Source: Trichoplax adhaerens (lineage: Eukaryota; Animalia; Placozoa). Taken from it: a DNA stretch of 64,000 nt. Position 1 is the stretch's first letter; each line of letters opens with the position of its first letter. Shown here one piece after another: positions 52,201-64,000 of the stretch. The stretch is taken from assembly GCF_000150275.1 (NCBI RefSeq), contig NW_002060944.1, positions 7,888,735 to 7,952,734 on the forward strand, read 5' to 3'. A model generated the notes under the pieces. It was not told the origin of the DNA, searched no databases, and was given only the letters and a program-made list of their open reading frames with translations. The position numbers and the translations under genes are program-made.

Positions 52201-55200
52201 TATCCTTGTATGGCGAAGGAGATATTCCTTAAAATATAATCCTAACATTTACCTTCCAGCTAAATCAACCAAATTTATAATGGCTGATTTTGTCGTTTCT
52301 TGACCTGCAGCGTTCTTTCCTTTCTGATGAAAAGTAACTCCAACAATTGTGTGAGCACGGCTATAAGGAAAAAGATGTAAAAATGATTGCTATATACTGT
52401 AAAAGGATCTCGAGATTACCTTGTTATGTAAGAGGCAGAGGCTGTAAATATCTAAATTATCTTACCTGCTGGTGGCATTCATTAAAGTCGCTGCTACTGT
52501 TCTATTTCTTGTTCCTTCTTCCATTCTGTTCTCGATATCTTTGTAGGAATTAACTGGTACTGTCAATAACGATTCCACTACAAAAAAATTGCTGACTCAG
52601 TAATCGATATTCGATCCAATTGAGATTAAGATATTTTTATTTAGCTGCTTATTATCCATTGGATTCACTGTAGATTACCGTAAAATCCTTTTTTGGGATG
52701 TTGACGAACTCTCAATCCTTTCTTGGACTTGGATTTAGAATTAAGTAGGTCACGAACCTAGAGCAACACCAATGAAATTTTATTAGTCTAGTTTACTTTA
52801 GCAATAGAGTGTAGCACTAGTAATTACAACCGATATCTAAGTAAGAGGATAGAAACCGTTCTGGCCGCTACTAGTTACTTGTTCAATTATAATCGCAAAT
52901 GTGATTTGATTTTATTCGATAAGTTAAGATAGTGAATAAGACATCTGACTAGTTTTATATACATTTACCTGCTCATTATAGATTTCTAACATGCTAAAAG
53001 AGACCTGAAAGAATTAAAGAGCAATAGAGATGTTAAATTTGATAAAGTAGCAAATGTTTGTTTTACACGTGCATTCGCTGATTATTGTATAGCTTTATAA
53101 CGCAATGATCGGAGATATTTTAAGGCCATCATTGCACGGCAGTATTACCTCAAATTCAGAACTGTCGCCGCTCTCTTTCTTTCCTTCTATACCTTTAAAC
53201 ATTTCGTCGCAAAATAAGGGTACGATACCTGATAAAAAAATCGCAGGAAAATGTTAACTCTAATTTTATCGAAAAGGCACGGTTTAATTTTCTATATTCA
53301 TGATATTGTGATCGATGTACTCAATATAGAGCCCTTTTAGGTATCCAATCGAAAGTATAAAAATGAACAAGTAAACTTCATATACTATAACACTAATTAA
53401 AGTTTTATAAAAGGAGTACATTTAACAGAAAAGAGAGATAATATAGTTTACCTTTATTTTTTCCATATCCAACAATGGAATAAGATTTCCCGGAACCAGT
53501 TTGGCCATAAGCAAATAGTGTGCTATTAAAGCCATTCCAAGCATTGTCGAGTACACCTCGGCCTAAGTCATCAAATACTTTTTTCTGTATGGCATAGTTG
53601 GCATTATTTTGAAATAGAAGAGAAGAAGGAAAGAAATTAATATCAAGCTTAAGATGAGAGACTATATTTTATCGCTAATATAATAATGGAGGAAAATTTC
53701 AGTATAATTTATAGTTCATAGCATTACTACAATAATCAATCCAAATACTTAATTTTTATGAGCAGTTTTAATCATCATAACGAAGGCAAAATAAAACTAA
53801 CCTGATCAGCATAATGGGGATGGGTGGGTGCAAGATAGCCATCGTCTTGTTCCTCGTAGTCATCATGTGACCAATAACTAAAATCGAAGGCAAATTTTCT
53901 TGGTTCTTCATTTGGTTGTTCTGGATCGATTAATTCTGTGACATTGTCGTGCATATTGACTATTAAACCAGCATTTCTTGCTTTTTCACGCGAATTGTAA
54001 GAATGGTTAAGGTTGATCAATTAACGAAATCATGCTTGCCATTAAAATTATAGTACAGGTAGTAATCAAATTAGTAATTCTTAGTAAATTGATATTGGTC
54101 AATTATTCGCATGATATGTCTTTGATTTATAGCCATACTGAAGGAAACATAATACAAATTATTCTAGTTTCTGACTTTGCTAGTGATTGTCTTCTTCACA
54201 TTATACTGTACATATAAAATAACTAAGAGAATAGCACAGCATCCGCATCTCATTCTTAATCAGATATCATCAAATAAAATGAAGTTCCGATTTCAAGGCG
54301 TGAGTATGAGAAAATTTAAGCCACTGTTAACGTGAAATAAATATCCAATTCTATTCTCGTACGTGTCTTACATCATCAGCAATACGTCAATTTATAACAA
54401 AAATATGATAAATGTGATTTTGTAACCCATAAAGCGTATTATCTATTTTCTCTGCTGGTAAGCAATAATTTAATGTACGATAGCATTTTCTGATACAGGT
54501 GAAAATGTGAATAACTTTGATTTGATATGGATAACGTAGTGTAAACAAAATAAGTGAAGGATTGGTGATTAGCCTTTGGACGAAATATTAAATAGAATGA
54601 AGAAACTGCTTCCAAAGTGAATGATAAAAATTAATAATTTTTCACTGAGATTTAATGTCATTGCCGTCTTGAACTATCCCGACGGCGGCCATAACACGAA
54701 AACTGGCTTATCATAAACGGATAAGTGATTAATACCACTTCACCGTTTTATATACCGCAAGTTATAAACAAATTAAGATACATCATATGGTTATAGTGGG
54801 TTAGAATCTTTGCGTTATAGTTCAGGTTTATCATAGTATTGAAACGGCAATTATAATACAAAAATTGATTTATCATTAAATCAACTTGTATATAGGTCCA
54901 AAGTATTGCCGTTGATTAGAAACTTTACTTACTTTAGTTTATGGCACTCAACTGTTTTAAATTAATTTAATCGTAAATGAGCTTGGTCCTAAATACGGTT
55001 CCGCTAATTAAAAATTAAATTCTAAGTCAAATTTGTCTTAGTTATCTTAACGATAATGAGATAGTTGGCCTACCATAACCTAATCCAGTAGATAGGCTAA
55101 GGCAACGTTCCGGGTACATAACTATTTTAGCAAAATCGAAATAATGTTTATTCCATCGTACCATTGTGGTTGATTGACGTATCGATTCCATTTTCTGAAC

Positions 55201-55392
55201 TATCATAACGCTATTAAGATTATTCTTGTCAAAATAAAATCGACTTTTAATATAAGACATCAATTCTACTAAGTCATGAAAAAAAAATTTATTCTATCAA
55301 GCGAGTATAGCAGATCAGAATGTAAAACAGACTTCATGAAAGGATATAAATGGCCTAACGCGAACGGCAACTTTAACGTTTTCGTCTGTCAT
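46281..55392 (-). CDS. KIF28: Kinesin-3 family motor, KIF28/KLP-6-like (motor, FHA, stalk, C2-like region, CaaX tail)
   Basis: [15 protein letters not shown]|[78 protein letters not shown]-region [32 protein letters not shown]. Ends QQSACCIVL-stop. Confidence 0.9.
53997..55347 (-). other. U12-type (minor spliceosome) AT-AC intron 1 of the kinesin gene
   Basis: Donor |ATATCCTTTC at 55347, branch site CCTTAAC at 54012-54006, acceptor TTAC| at 53997. Splicing restores the conserved VRVRPF-NSRE. Confidence 0.93.
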
Positions 55393-56076
55393 GGCGGTTA
55401 ACAGTTAAATTCTGGAGTTCTGAATCAATCCAATTTCTGACTTGTCGAATCTAAACGTTAGAATGGTCTACTTTAATATTGATGCTGTCAGTTTAGTTAT
55501 CTTAGTCTACAGAAATCAATGCAAAGGTCACTACTTGGTAAGCACTCCTAAATGTAGCGTATAATTCTATTTTCGTCGGCTTCACTTAGGTGTTAAAAAG
55601 AGTATATCATACAGAAAATCATGAGACTATGATGTTTATAACTGGTTGAGCACTATACTAATGAAATACTGCAAAAGTCTGTTCTAGCTTAGCCTTATCA
55701 ATGACTTTTTCGCTGCCTCTATAAATAGATTGTTTAATAAACCTACCCAATCAATAATAACAAATATAAAAATTAAGTCTTCATAACCTATACTAAATCC
55801 TATATGTGCACAGTTTGTAGTCGAATGAATAGGCTTTTAAATAACCTATTAAGTTGTCGGTATGGCATACCAATAATAACACCTGGTTTCAATATAGTTC
55901 CTTATGTGATCACTGAGTGTCTCCTGTATTTCTCCTGTATACTATTAAATCTAAATCTACGGTAATTAACAACTATCATACTCATATTCCTTATAACTGC
56001 AGAAAAATGACCTATGACCTGTTGCTAACAACATAAATCCACACCTTGATATTACAACTCTAGTATTAAAATAGAT

Positions 56077-56090
56077 GTCGCCTTGGCAAC
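56077..56090. promoter_or_regulatory. RFX X-box upstream of the kinesin gene
   Basis: GTCGCCTTGGCAAC matches GTNRCC(N0-3)RGYAAC. A related GTTGCTAACAAC lies at 56021 and a CRE TGACGTCA at 56132; ~690 bp upstream of the ATG. Confidence 0.55.
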
Positions 56091-57419
56091 AGTTTCATGG
56101 CGTAGAAGGATTACTACGTGAGGGTATAAACTGACGTCATACAGACTTAATGTGGAACTTAAAATAAATCGATCATAAATGGATTATAGTGTGCTTTAGA
56201 TCAATGAAACCAATTACAAAAATTGTGCAGTATTATAACCGGCATTAACAAAGTATGAACGGTGTAATAAAACTAACATTCTAGCATAAGCAGCATTGCA
56301 TATGTAAATGTTATGGATAAATCGATAGAAATCAATATTTATAAAGCTACGTGGGAGGAAAAATTAGCAATTTTGTGTATCGTTGTTACGATACTGCTTA
56401 TAACTTAAGTAATTACGGCATTGGTTAGTGAATAATAAGCATCTTAGAATAGTCTAGATAAAGCCATATGCTATGTTTAATGTTCGATTTGCTAGGCTTG
56501 GAGTTGATGTTTTGGTAATAGAATCGTGATATAAAACAAAAATTACAGCCAATTAATTTACTATAAAACGAAAGGCGAGCTACTTCTAACAATTGAACCG
56601 TTTATGGACAGAGGATGAGTATTGCTACCCTCGAAGTTTCAGAATATCTACATACTCGTATCTATTTAGTAGTTTCATAATTCATAAAACAAAGATATCG
56701 TGCATTAAGTGCCTGAGTACCAGAATACTTATAGTAGATTATAAGGTACTATAGATTAGTAGGAAGAAGTGCAGAATTTTATAGCTGTATATCATACGTC
56801 TGTAGCAAAATATGAGTGGTATAAAATAAAATCAACAATTTTTGTGCTATATCGAAATACGAGAGTATTAAACCAGGTGTAGAACTTGATATTTTTCAAT
56901 CATAGCTTGAACAATGATGTCTTAATGTTACTGCATCATGACTCGATCTACCATAGAAGTCATGAAACCATAAACTAAAAATTAGCAAGTTCATTCATTT
57001 TAATTATAATATAAGTAAATGATTTGATATGGTTTAACCGACATTGTATAAGAACAATTATAGCTTTGCTAGATTATTTTAATTTTACTAAAATCGATTT
57101 TTTTAGGCGAAAATAAGTGGTTTCATATCTAATCGATAAGATTTTAATACTAGTACAGTTCTTATAGTCTAACTCGCTACGTAATACATGATTAGAATAA
57201 TTGCTGACGTAGGTGAAACAATAACTATATTACGGGTTTCTTTTAAAATGACTGGTAAAGTAGATAAATAATAAACCAAATTGTTCGTAGTATTACCTTT
57301 TAAACAGTTTACAATGTATTCATGAGCTGTGAGTTAGTATAAGAATTAATACAACATTAATGTAGTTAAATGCTTTCATATTTGCTTATGCATTCTGGTT
57401 ATCATAAGAAGTAACGTCT

Positions 57420-57972
57420 CGTAAATTTCTTAATACTTGAACATAGTAAGGCCAGTGATTGTCTGACCTTTAGCAACATAATGCTTATAAACTACATCTT
57501 TAGAATTGAAAAAAAAACGATATTCATCACTTTAACTTTAGAGCGCTTTGCTTGGCCTTCTTTGGATGTGGAGAATTCGAACATTTCCGTTGAGATGACA
57601 TTGACTTGGTCTCTGATCGTATCCATGGACCCATGTTTCATCTCTTGTATCAAGAACTATATAAAAACGATCAATGGAAGTAAGTAGTACATTCAATATT
57701 CAATACTGACCGGCTATGATACGTTTGGTGTAAGTTGGATTATCCGCAACTTTTTAAAGCATTTCTTGGCTGACCGTCTGCCGTTGCAACTTATGGTCAA
57801 TGGTTAGCAGGCGTGGTACGAACTTCGCAGCGACGCGATAGATGTTCAAATCAACCGTAAGTATGGTAAATGCACTTTAAATGGAAATACCAATACCTTT
57901 AGCCATCTCAGGTACTGTTAAATGGCGATCTGATTTGATGAGCTCGTTAACTTTATTGGTTAAGCCATCGGT
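57420..57972 (-). mobile_element. Decayed mariner (Tc1/mariner) transposase fragment
   Basis: Minus translation KVNELIKSDRHLTVPEMAKGIGIS..RVAAKFVPRLLT..ADNP..RIIAG/DETWVHGYD..SPHPKKAK..KVKVMNIVFF..GQTI, with stops and frameshifts. Confidence 0.85.
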
Positions 57973-59289
57973 TTATAAAAGTACATACGGAAAGTAAGTT
58001 TTAAGGAAATACGTGAATGATGTTATGGAAAAGTTATAATGGATAGGAACGAATGAGAATATTCTAATTTAATGTTAAAAGAACAACGATATTGTAAAGG
58101 TTATGAATTGAAGCAATTATTTTTTTAATTCCTTTTTTATTTATAATGAATAATAAAAGCACAATTTGGTAATAAAAATTGCCAAAAACACCACGAAATC
58201 ATGCTACTGAGAGATTCCCTGCTCGTCTTAGATTCTGCCTTCATTGATCAACTTTGTCTTCAGAATTAAATCTCCAATACCTATGTAAGAGTATTAGCAA
58301 TTGTAGCTTAATAATTTAAGGCGTATTGGGTAAGATAAGTAGCAGTAATTTTTAACTATTGAATATTCGATATATTAATTTGCGGAATAGTTGCTTGTTG
58401 ATGTGACAACTATTGATTCCCATTAATTAATTATTAGAATATTTGTGATCACATACAAATAAACTGATAAATGAATTACTTATTACATTGAAAAAGAGTC
58501 GGTCACCTTGCTTAAGTAATAAAAAGCTTGCTAGCCATGTTAATTTTGTCACCATTAACATTTACGCTATTAGCTCAGCATAGCTCGGCATAGGAGAACT
58601 ATCATTAAGCTAAGATATTTGGTATTATTCAATAACTTTAGTCAGAGCAAGCCCATAAATGAACTGAATTTGAGCATTTATTTATGATGTAGTACAAATA
58701 ATTTTCATTAAACGCAGTCAAGTTAAGGTTCTTAATTGGGGAGTAAGTTAATCAAGAATGACAATTATGATTTATAAAATTAGGTATAAATAAAGATTGC
58801 CGTAATATTACAACCATATGAATCATATGAACGCTCTATCGATGTATAAATGTTCACATCTATTAATTAATTTTTCTTTGATCAATTCATTCATAACATC
58901 ACACAGTAAAATGATAAAATGTCTTTCGAATATTAATGTATAAGTTTTTAATGATATCAACGATGATTGCTTAATCGATTGATTTTCTTTAAACTGATTA
59001 CTACAGTACTATATATATACATATTTATTTTGATTCTTCCAATATTGGCCACCTGTTATAGTACGAGAATAATCGTCTTAAGAATGAATGGAATATCATT
59101 CAAGAAGAACCTAATCTAGAGTAATAAATGATATTGCCTTTAAAAATTGAATAAACAACTAAAATATACACGCATATATGGTAGTTTATCATAAATGTAA
59201 TTTACCAGAAATTTGTGATGTAATAAATATTCTATTTTAAGAGATCGACATTAGGACGTGTACTTCAGAAGATTTAACGCCCTTTTTTA

Positions 59290-59490
59290 TCCATTCGTTT
59301 CATAATAGATGAGTTTGGACCCGCCGACTTCGTTGGCGATAATGTCTGTAGTACTTGAAATGTATAAGATCCCAGGTATCTCTATTAGAGTTATATCTTT
59401 ATAAATGATCAGCTTTTCCATCAGCATTAAAGCCTCTAGTACACGGGTATTAGCTATTAGCCACGAAGGTATGGCAGGATCATTGTAAGT
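59290..59490 (-). pseudogene. Possible degenerate Kelch-repeat fragment
   Basis: RGFNADGKADHL*RYNSNRDTWDLI resembles GGQNNKWKVRSFERYNPSTDTWELL of the neighbouring Kelch gene; contains a stop and frameshifts. Confidence 0.4.
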
Positions 59491-59987
59491 CTAAGATATT
59501 TACTATCATTTAATTACTAAGAGTACAGTAAATTTATAATACAACTGAATTTCAGCATTCATCAATGCTATGCATAGTACAAGTACTTTTCAAAAGAGAA
59601 GTCAAAGCTAAGATCGTCACTTAAGGATTGAAATTAATGAGGAATTATGATGTCTAAAATCAAGCATAATCAAGATTCGTCTTGGTATTTCTTTCTTGAT
59701 TTTATTAGTATTCTATTGATACAAATGAAATTCACATCTATTAATTATCCTTTAATCATCATCTATGATATCGTAGAATGATAAATATCGAAATATCGAT
59801 CTATAAATGATTCACGATAAAAAGCAGTTATCGTTTTATTTATTAATTTCTTGCTCTAAAACGTTACAGTATGTCTATACAAGTTCATCAAGTTTTTTTA
59901 AGATGACTATATCCTGTTACATCGTTAGAATGATGGTCTCGAACATGAATGATACATTATTTTAGAAGAACTAATTTAGAATTTAAC

Positions 59988-60990
59988 TGTAATGAAATGA
60001 AATATGTAGAGATCAAGCTACGAAACTTTAACAAACTTTGATTCTACTTTCGTTGCACTCCGGTCGAGTTAACGCTAATACTTTGACACCAAATAAAATT
60101 TGGGGAAATAACCGAACAACAATTTATTACAAAACAAGAATGGAGAGAAACATAAACCGAACAACCTTACAAATACTTAGCTTTAAGTATTATTAAAATA
60201 AATGACAGACTTAAAAACTGTCAACGACCAAACAACCTTTCAAAAAGAAGAACGTTTTAACTTACGACAATTCGACCCCGAAGGCCTTTTAAATTCAACA
60301 AGTTCTTCAAATAAAATCTTCTCCTACTCTCTCTTCCTCTAAATTTTCTAATTGCACTATCATTTATAGGCTTCGTAGAGCCGTCAGAGGTATTTAAAAC
60401 TAAACATTTGCTAACCAATCGCTCTTAAGATCCGTTTTACAAAACTACTTTGCACCATTTAAGAAAACAAAAATCATTCAAAGTTCAGACACAATTTACC
60501 CTACGATTCCCTTACAAAACACTATAAAAGTAACAAGCTAACTATAAAAATACATCAAACTTCATTTCTAACATAGTTTCTGTCATTAATACACTATAAA
60601 AGTCTAAAAATCAACCTTTAAACATCAAGATTTAGTCATAAAAACAACATTCTAACTACCTAACAATCAACACAACCTCTGCCAATTTCCATCTTATTTT
60701 CTATTTTCCTCACTAAATCTCCTAATGTGACTTCAAATCACGTCATAAAATTCCAAAGTTTCAAATTCATAACAAAAAGTCCAAATCTCAAAATCAACTC
60801 TTACGATATTTTTCATGAACAAAAATCCAAAAATTAAAACAGAAAAATTATAATTCAGACATAAATTAAAAATAAACCCGACCGGTTCCAAAACAGGAAA
60901 ATTATATCGGACACAAACCCGACCGGTCCCAGAATCCGAAAACTATATCGGACACAAATCCGGAAAAATTCGCTTTTTATGAAGATCACA
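59988..60990 (-). mobile_element. ~1 kb LTR-like element
   Basis: TGTAAT...ATCACA termini, strongly G-poor + strand, reverse CTATAAAT near 60362-60369, 41-bp tandem repeat at 60874/60915. Flanks TTAAC/GTAAT may be a decayed 5-bp TSD. Confidence 0.5.
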
Positions 60991-61661
60991 GTAATCGCTT
61001 ATCAAAAAAATTTATATGACTACTACGACTACTTTTCTGACATTAGTATCGCTTAGTATCCGCGAGTATTGACAGTTGATGTTTTAGCGTCAGATTGTAC
61101 TGTAACTGTACGAGTATAGACTACATTACAGTACTTTATCGTCATGTTATAAATCCCCTTTCTCTAAGGATAGGGTTTTGCTACTAAGTCAAATTTCTTT
61201 ACAATTTGAATAGACGATCAAACGCCCTTTCTTTAGATTAGGCATTTGCTCTATAGGGCTACTTCTATAGTAATCTATATAATACCTTGCAAAATAATGA
61301 AGAAGAAAAGATGGCGACATGATGATTTGGCAGGGGAAAACTTAAAGACACTATCACTTTCTAGGTATTTTCTATAGTAAAATAATACTAATTACATACT
61401 AAAAACTACAAAGGACTCTACTTTTAGTCCTTTTACTACATAACGTACATGATATTAGTCGTTGTAATTTAATTAACTTAAGCAAGTACTACAAACGCGA
61501 CATACCCGTAGTATATTATAGACATTAAGCACTTGAAATTTATCGTATTGTCACGGTACGAACTACCGTGAAGAAATAGCTATCTAAATTTGGTTAATAT
61601 AATATAGTGATATTATATTACAACTAGTTACTTACTATAGGAATTACTCTAATTATAAATG

Positions 61662-61981
61662 TGTTACAGTAAATTTAATGCTGTGCTGTAATGTGCACTG
61701 AAATGATTCTGTGGATGGACATTTTGTAGTCCGACTGTGAAAAACTAGCTATCTCTCCTAAGTATTTTTATAAGATGACTTGTGAATGTTAGCTGCTGTA
61801 GAAGGGTATATAAGCCCGTCAGATATTTGAATAAAGCAGTTCTCAATTGTATAGTAGTTTTAACGTAGAATCAAAGGCGTCTAAATTCTTGTGAGGTAGT
61901 TAAGGGATACTGAATCTCGGAGACTATAGTAATTTAGAGATTTATTTTACGTTATCCTTGTCACGAAGCTGGTTTGTGACA
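61662..61981 (+). mobile_element. Solo-LTR-like repeat overlapping the 3' end of the Kelch CDS
   Basis: TGTTACAGTAAATTTAAT start shared with the 20919 copy, GTGCAC, TATATAAG near 61807, AATAAA near 61830. Ends TTTGTGACA like the 21272 and 48 copies. Confidence 0.6.
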
Positions 61982-63750
61982 CGTATAATAAATAATTTAT
62001 TTAGACATTCGTCATAATTAAATTGGTCTTCCTCTGCGCGATATTTAAAACGAAGAATGGCACTAGCAGATTCACTAGCTTCAGTCCACTCATTTTGTAT
62101 TGGGTTATACGTATGACAATGACGACGTCTACACGAATTCCAAATATAATTTAAACATCCGTCGTAAACTGTTAATACATGAGAGTCAGGAAATTCTGAA
62201 AATGGTATGCTCCAATTTAATAATTCCCACGTATCAGTGCTAGGGTTATATCTTTCAAAGCTCCTAACTTTCCATTTATTATTCTGGCCTCCGCCTACAT
62301 AAATTAAATTATCTAAAACAGCAACCACGCTATCATTTCTGGCAACATTCATCGGAGAAACATAAACCCAGTGATCACTACCACTCTCCAGATAGGCTAC
62401 CTCATTAGTCGCAGTTGATGAATTTTCGTGGCTACCGCCAATAATATATAAGCGATTATCACATAGACAAGGCGATAACAGTGCAATGGGTTTAGGAAGT
62501 GGCGCCAAATCCGCGTTACTCCATCGAACTTTGCAAGTATCGAAGGCTATGATACTACGCAATATATCTACATTATCTAGAAATAGAGTAATTCATTTTA
62601 TTTTCTCTAAAGACATAAAATTGATAATCATGTTATGTCAACGTAACATTAATATTTCAAAATAACGATTAATAGACGGTAAGTATTGCCCTTAAGCGAG
62701 AGAATAGCAGTTTAAAAATATGAATAGTTCCTGCATTTTATTTACCTTTAGTAATTCCACCAAACACAAGGATTTTATGACCTATTGCTAAGGCGCCATA
62801 ACTACTTCTATTTGGTGATTCTACGTTGAAATGAGTCTTTTTGTAATCAAATGAGTTATTTTGGGTTTTTAATTTAATATCTATAATGCAATCCTTTCCT
62901 GAACTAAACCTGGATATCCATACAGATTCTCCGTCTTTGGTATAGTTTCGAAATTGGCAACGACTAGAAAAATGTCTTTCAGGTGACGATAGAAATGATT
63001 TGGCTTCAAGCAGGAGCTGAAGACAGCGTGAAGAGTTAAATATTNNNNNNNNNNNNNNNNNNNNNNNNNNNNNNNNNNNNNNNNNNNNNNNNNNAATATT
63101 TTCCATAAGTCACGAAGTGTGTCTTCTCCACAAATGGATTCGTTACAATTATACCAAGTGTCTAGTATGTGCAACAATTCTATTTCGTGGCTAATTCTTA
63201 TATCATCTGATTGTAGGCATCTCTTTAATACTGAGATTGGAATATGCCCAATGTCACTTTGCTTTATTCTGCCAAAGTTGAGTAACAAAAATTGAAAAAT
63301 TTTTTCGCTCAAGTTCGTAAAAAGATACGTATCAGCAAAGATAGATAAGTTTACAACATTTTTGGTATTAATACTCTCGGATAAAAATGAGTAACATTTG
63401 TCAACGACATCCATAATATTAAGCATGGATGCAGTTATTGCCAATATCTGAACATTTTTCTCAGTGATCTTCAAATCTACTCCATAAAAATAGTGAATAA
63501 TGTCAGCGAAAACATCCTCGTTCAGTTCTTTTAACTCGATGATATTTTGCTGAGATTCTGCCATTTCATTTACGAACATTGCTTGAAAGTAAGAGCTAAA
63601 CGATGCTAGCACGAAGCGATGGCAATGAAATTGAGCGTCATTGATCTTGATAATAACATCGGAAAAAATTTTATCTTGAAATAATTGAAAACTCGACTGG
63701 GGTAATCTTCCTTTGATAGTTAATTCCGGCATGATTGATGTAGAGCTCAT
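61942..63750 (-). CDS. Kelch-like protein (BTB-BACK-Kelch), 2 exons, spans an assembly gap
   Basis: FSDVIIKINDAQFHCHRFVLASFSSYFQAMF (BTB), CLQSDDIRISHEIELL (BACK), Kelch repeats ILVFGG, LYIIGG, IYVGGG..ERYNPSTDTW. One intron from 62745 to ~62577 (or 62568). Confidence 0.88.
63045..63094. other. Assembly gap (50 N) inside Kelch exon 1
   Basis: Run of N. Confidence 0.99.
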
Positions 63751-64000
63751 GTAATAATTATGATTATTATTTACTACTTTTGTTCGTCAGCTATGCCTAA
63801 CGTACCTGGACCTAGCGATAGAACGAGAGAAATCCTTCTACCCGATGGTGATGCACCTTATATGAAAGTCCAGAAAGAACAGCACGGAATAGTATAAGCT
63901 AATTAGTAAAATATTTATCTTGAGTGTATCTGCTAGTACATTAGTGATACTTCCATAGTAATTCTTAGCAATAATACAGTTCTTGACTGATTAATAACAA

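Noticed and set aside
63040-63110. Apparent frameshift in the Kelch gene
   Set aside because: It coincides with a fixed-length 50-N gap, so the true frame cannot be judged.
63793-63897. 34-codon plus-strand ORF just upstream of the Kelch ATG
   Set aside because: Too short, no recognisable homology, and the window ends before context can be assessed.

Overview
AT-rich eukaryotic (animal) genomic DNA with short introns and three 50-N scaffold gaps. Intron size, CAGTA-type microsatellites and gene content suggest a compact non-bilaterian genome such as a placozoan (inference only). I reconstructed seven spliced genes by hand. (1) A giant leucine-rich-repeat GPCR (LGR, RXFP-like hinge) at ~1068-20484, built from an LRRNT exon, 48 symmetric phase-2 LRR exons and one 7TM exon. 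(2,3) Two tandem SLC25A39/40-like mitochondrial carriers whose Cys-rich loops differ. (4) GATAD1, divergent from (5) an extended PDIA5-like disulfide isomerase with atypical CxxC motifs and HDEL. (6) A KIF28/KLP-6-like kinesin-3 with a U12 AT-AC intron, a C-terminal CaaX box and an upstream RFX X-box. (7) A BTB-BACK-Kelch gene whose stop codon lies inside a short LTR-like repeat. Repeats include a family of ~290-360 bp TG...CA solo-LTR-like elements, a Helitron-like element, a decayed mariner with an intron-like insert, and several minisatellites. Exon coordinates were read by eye and may be off by a few bases.
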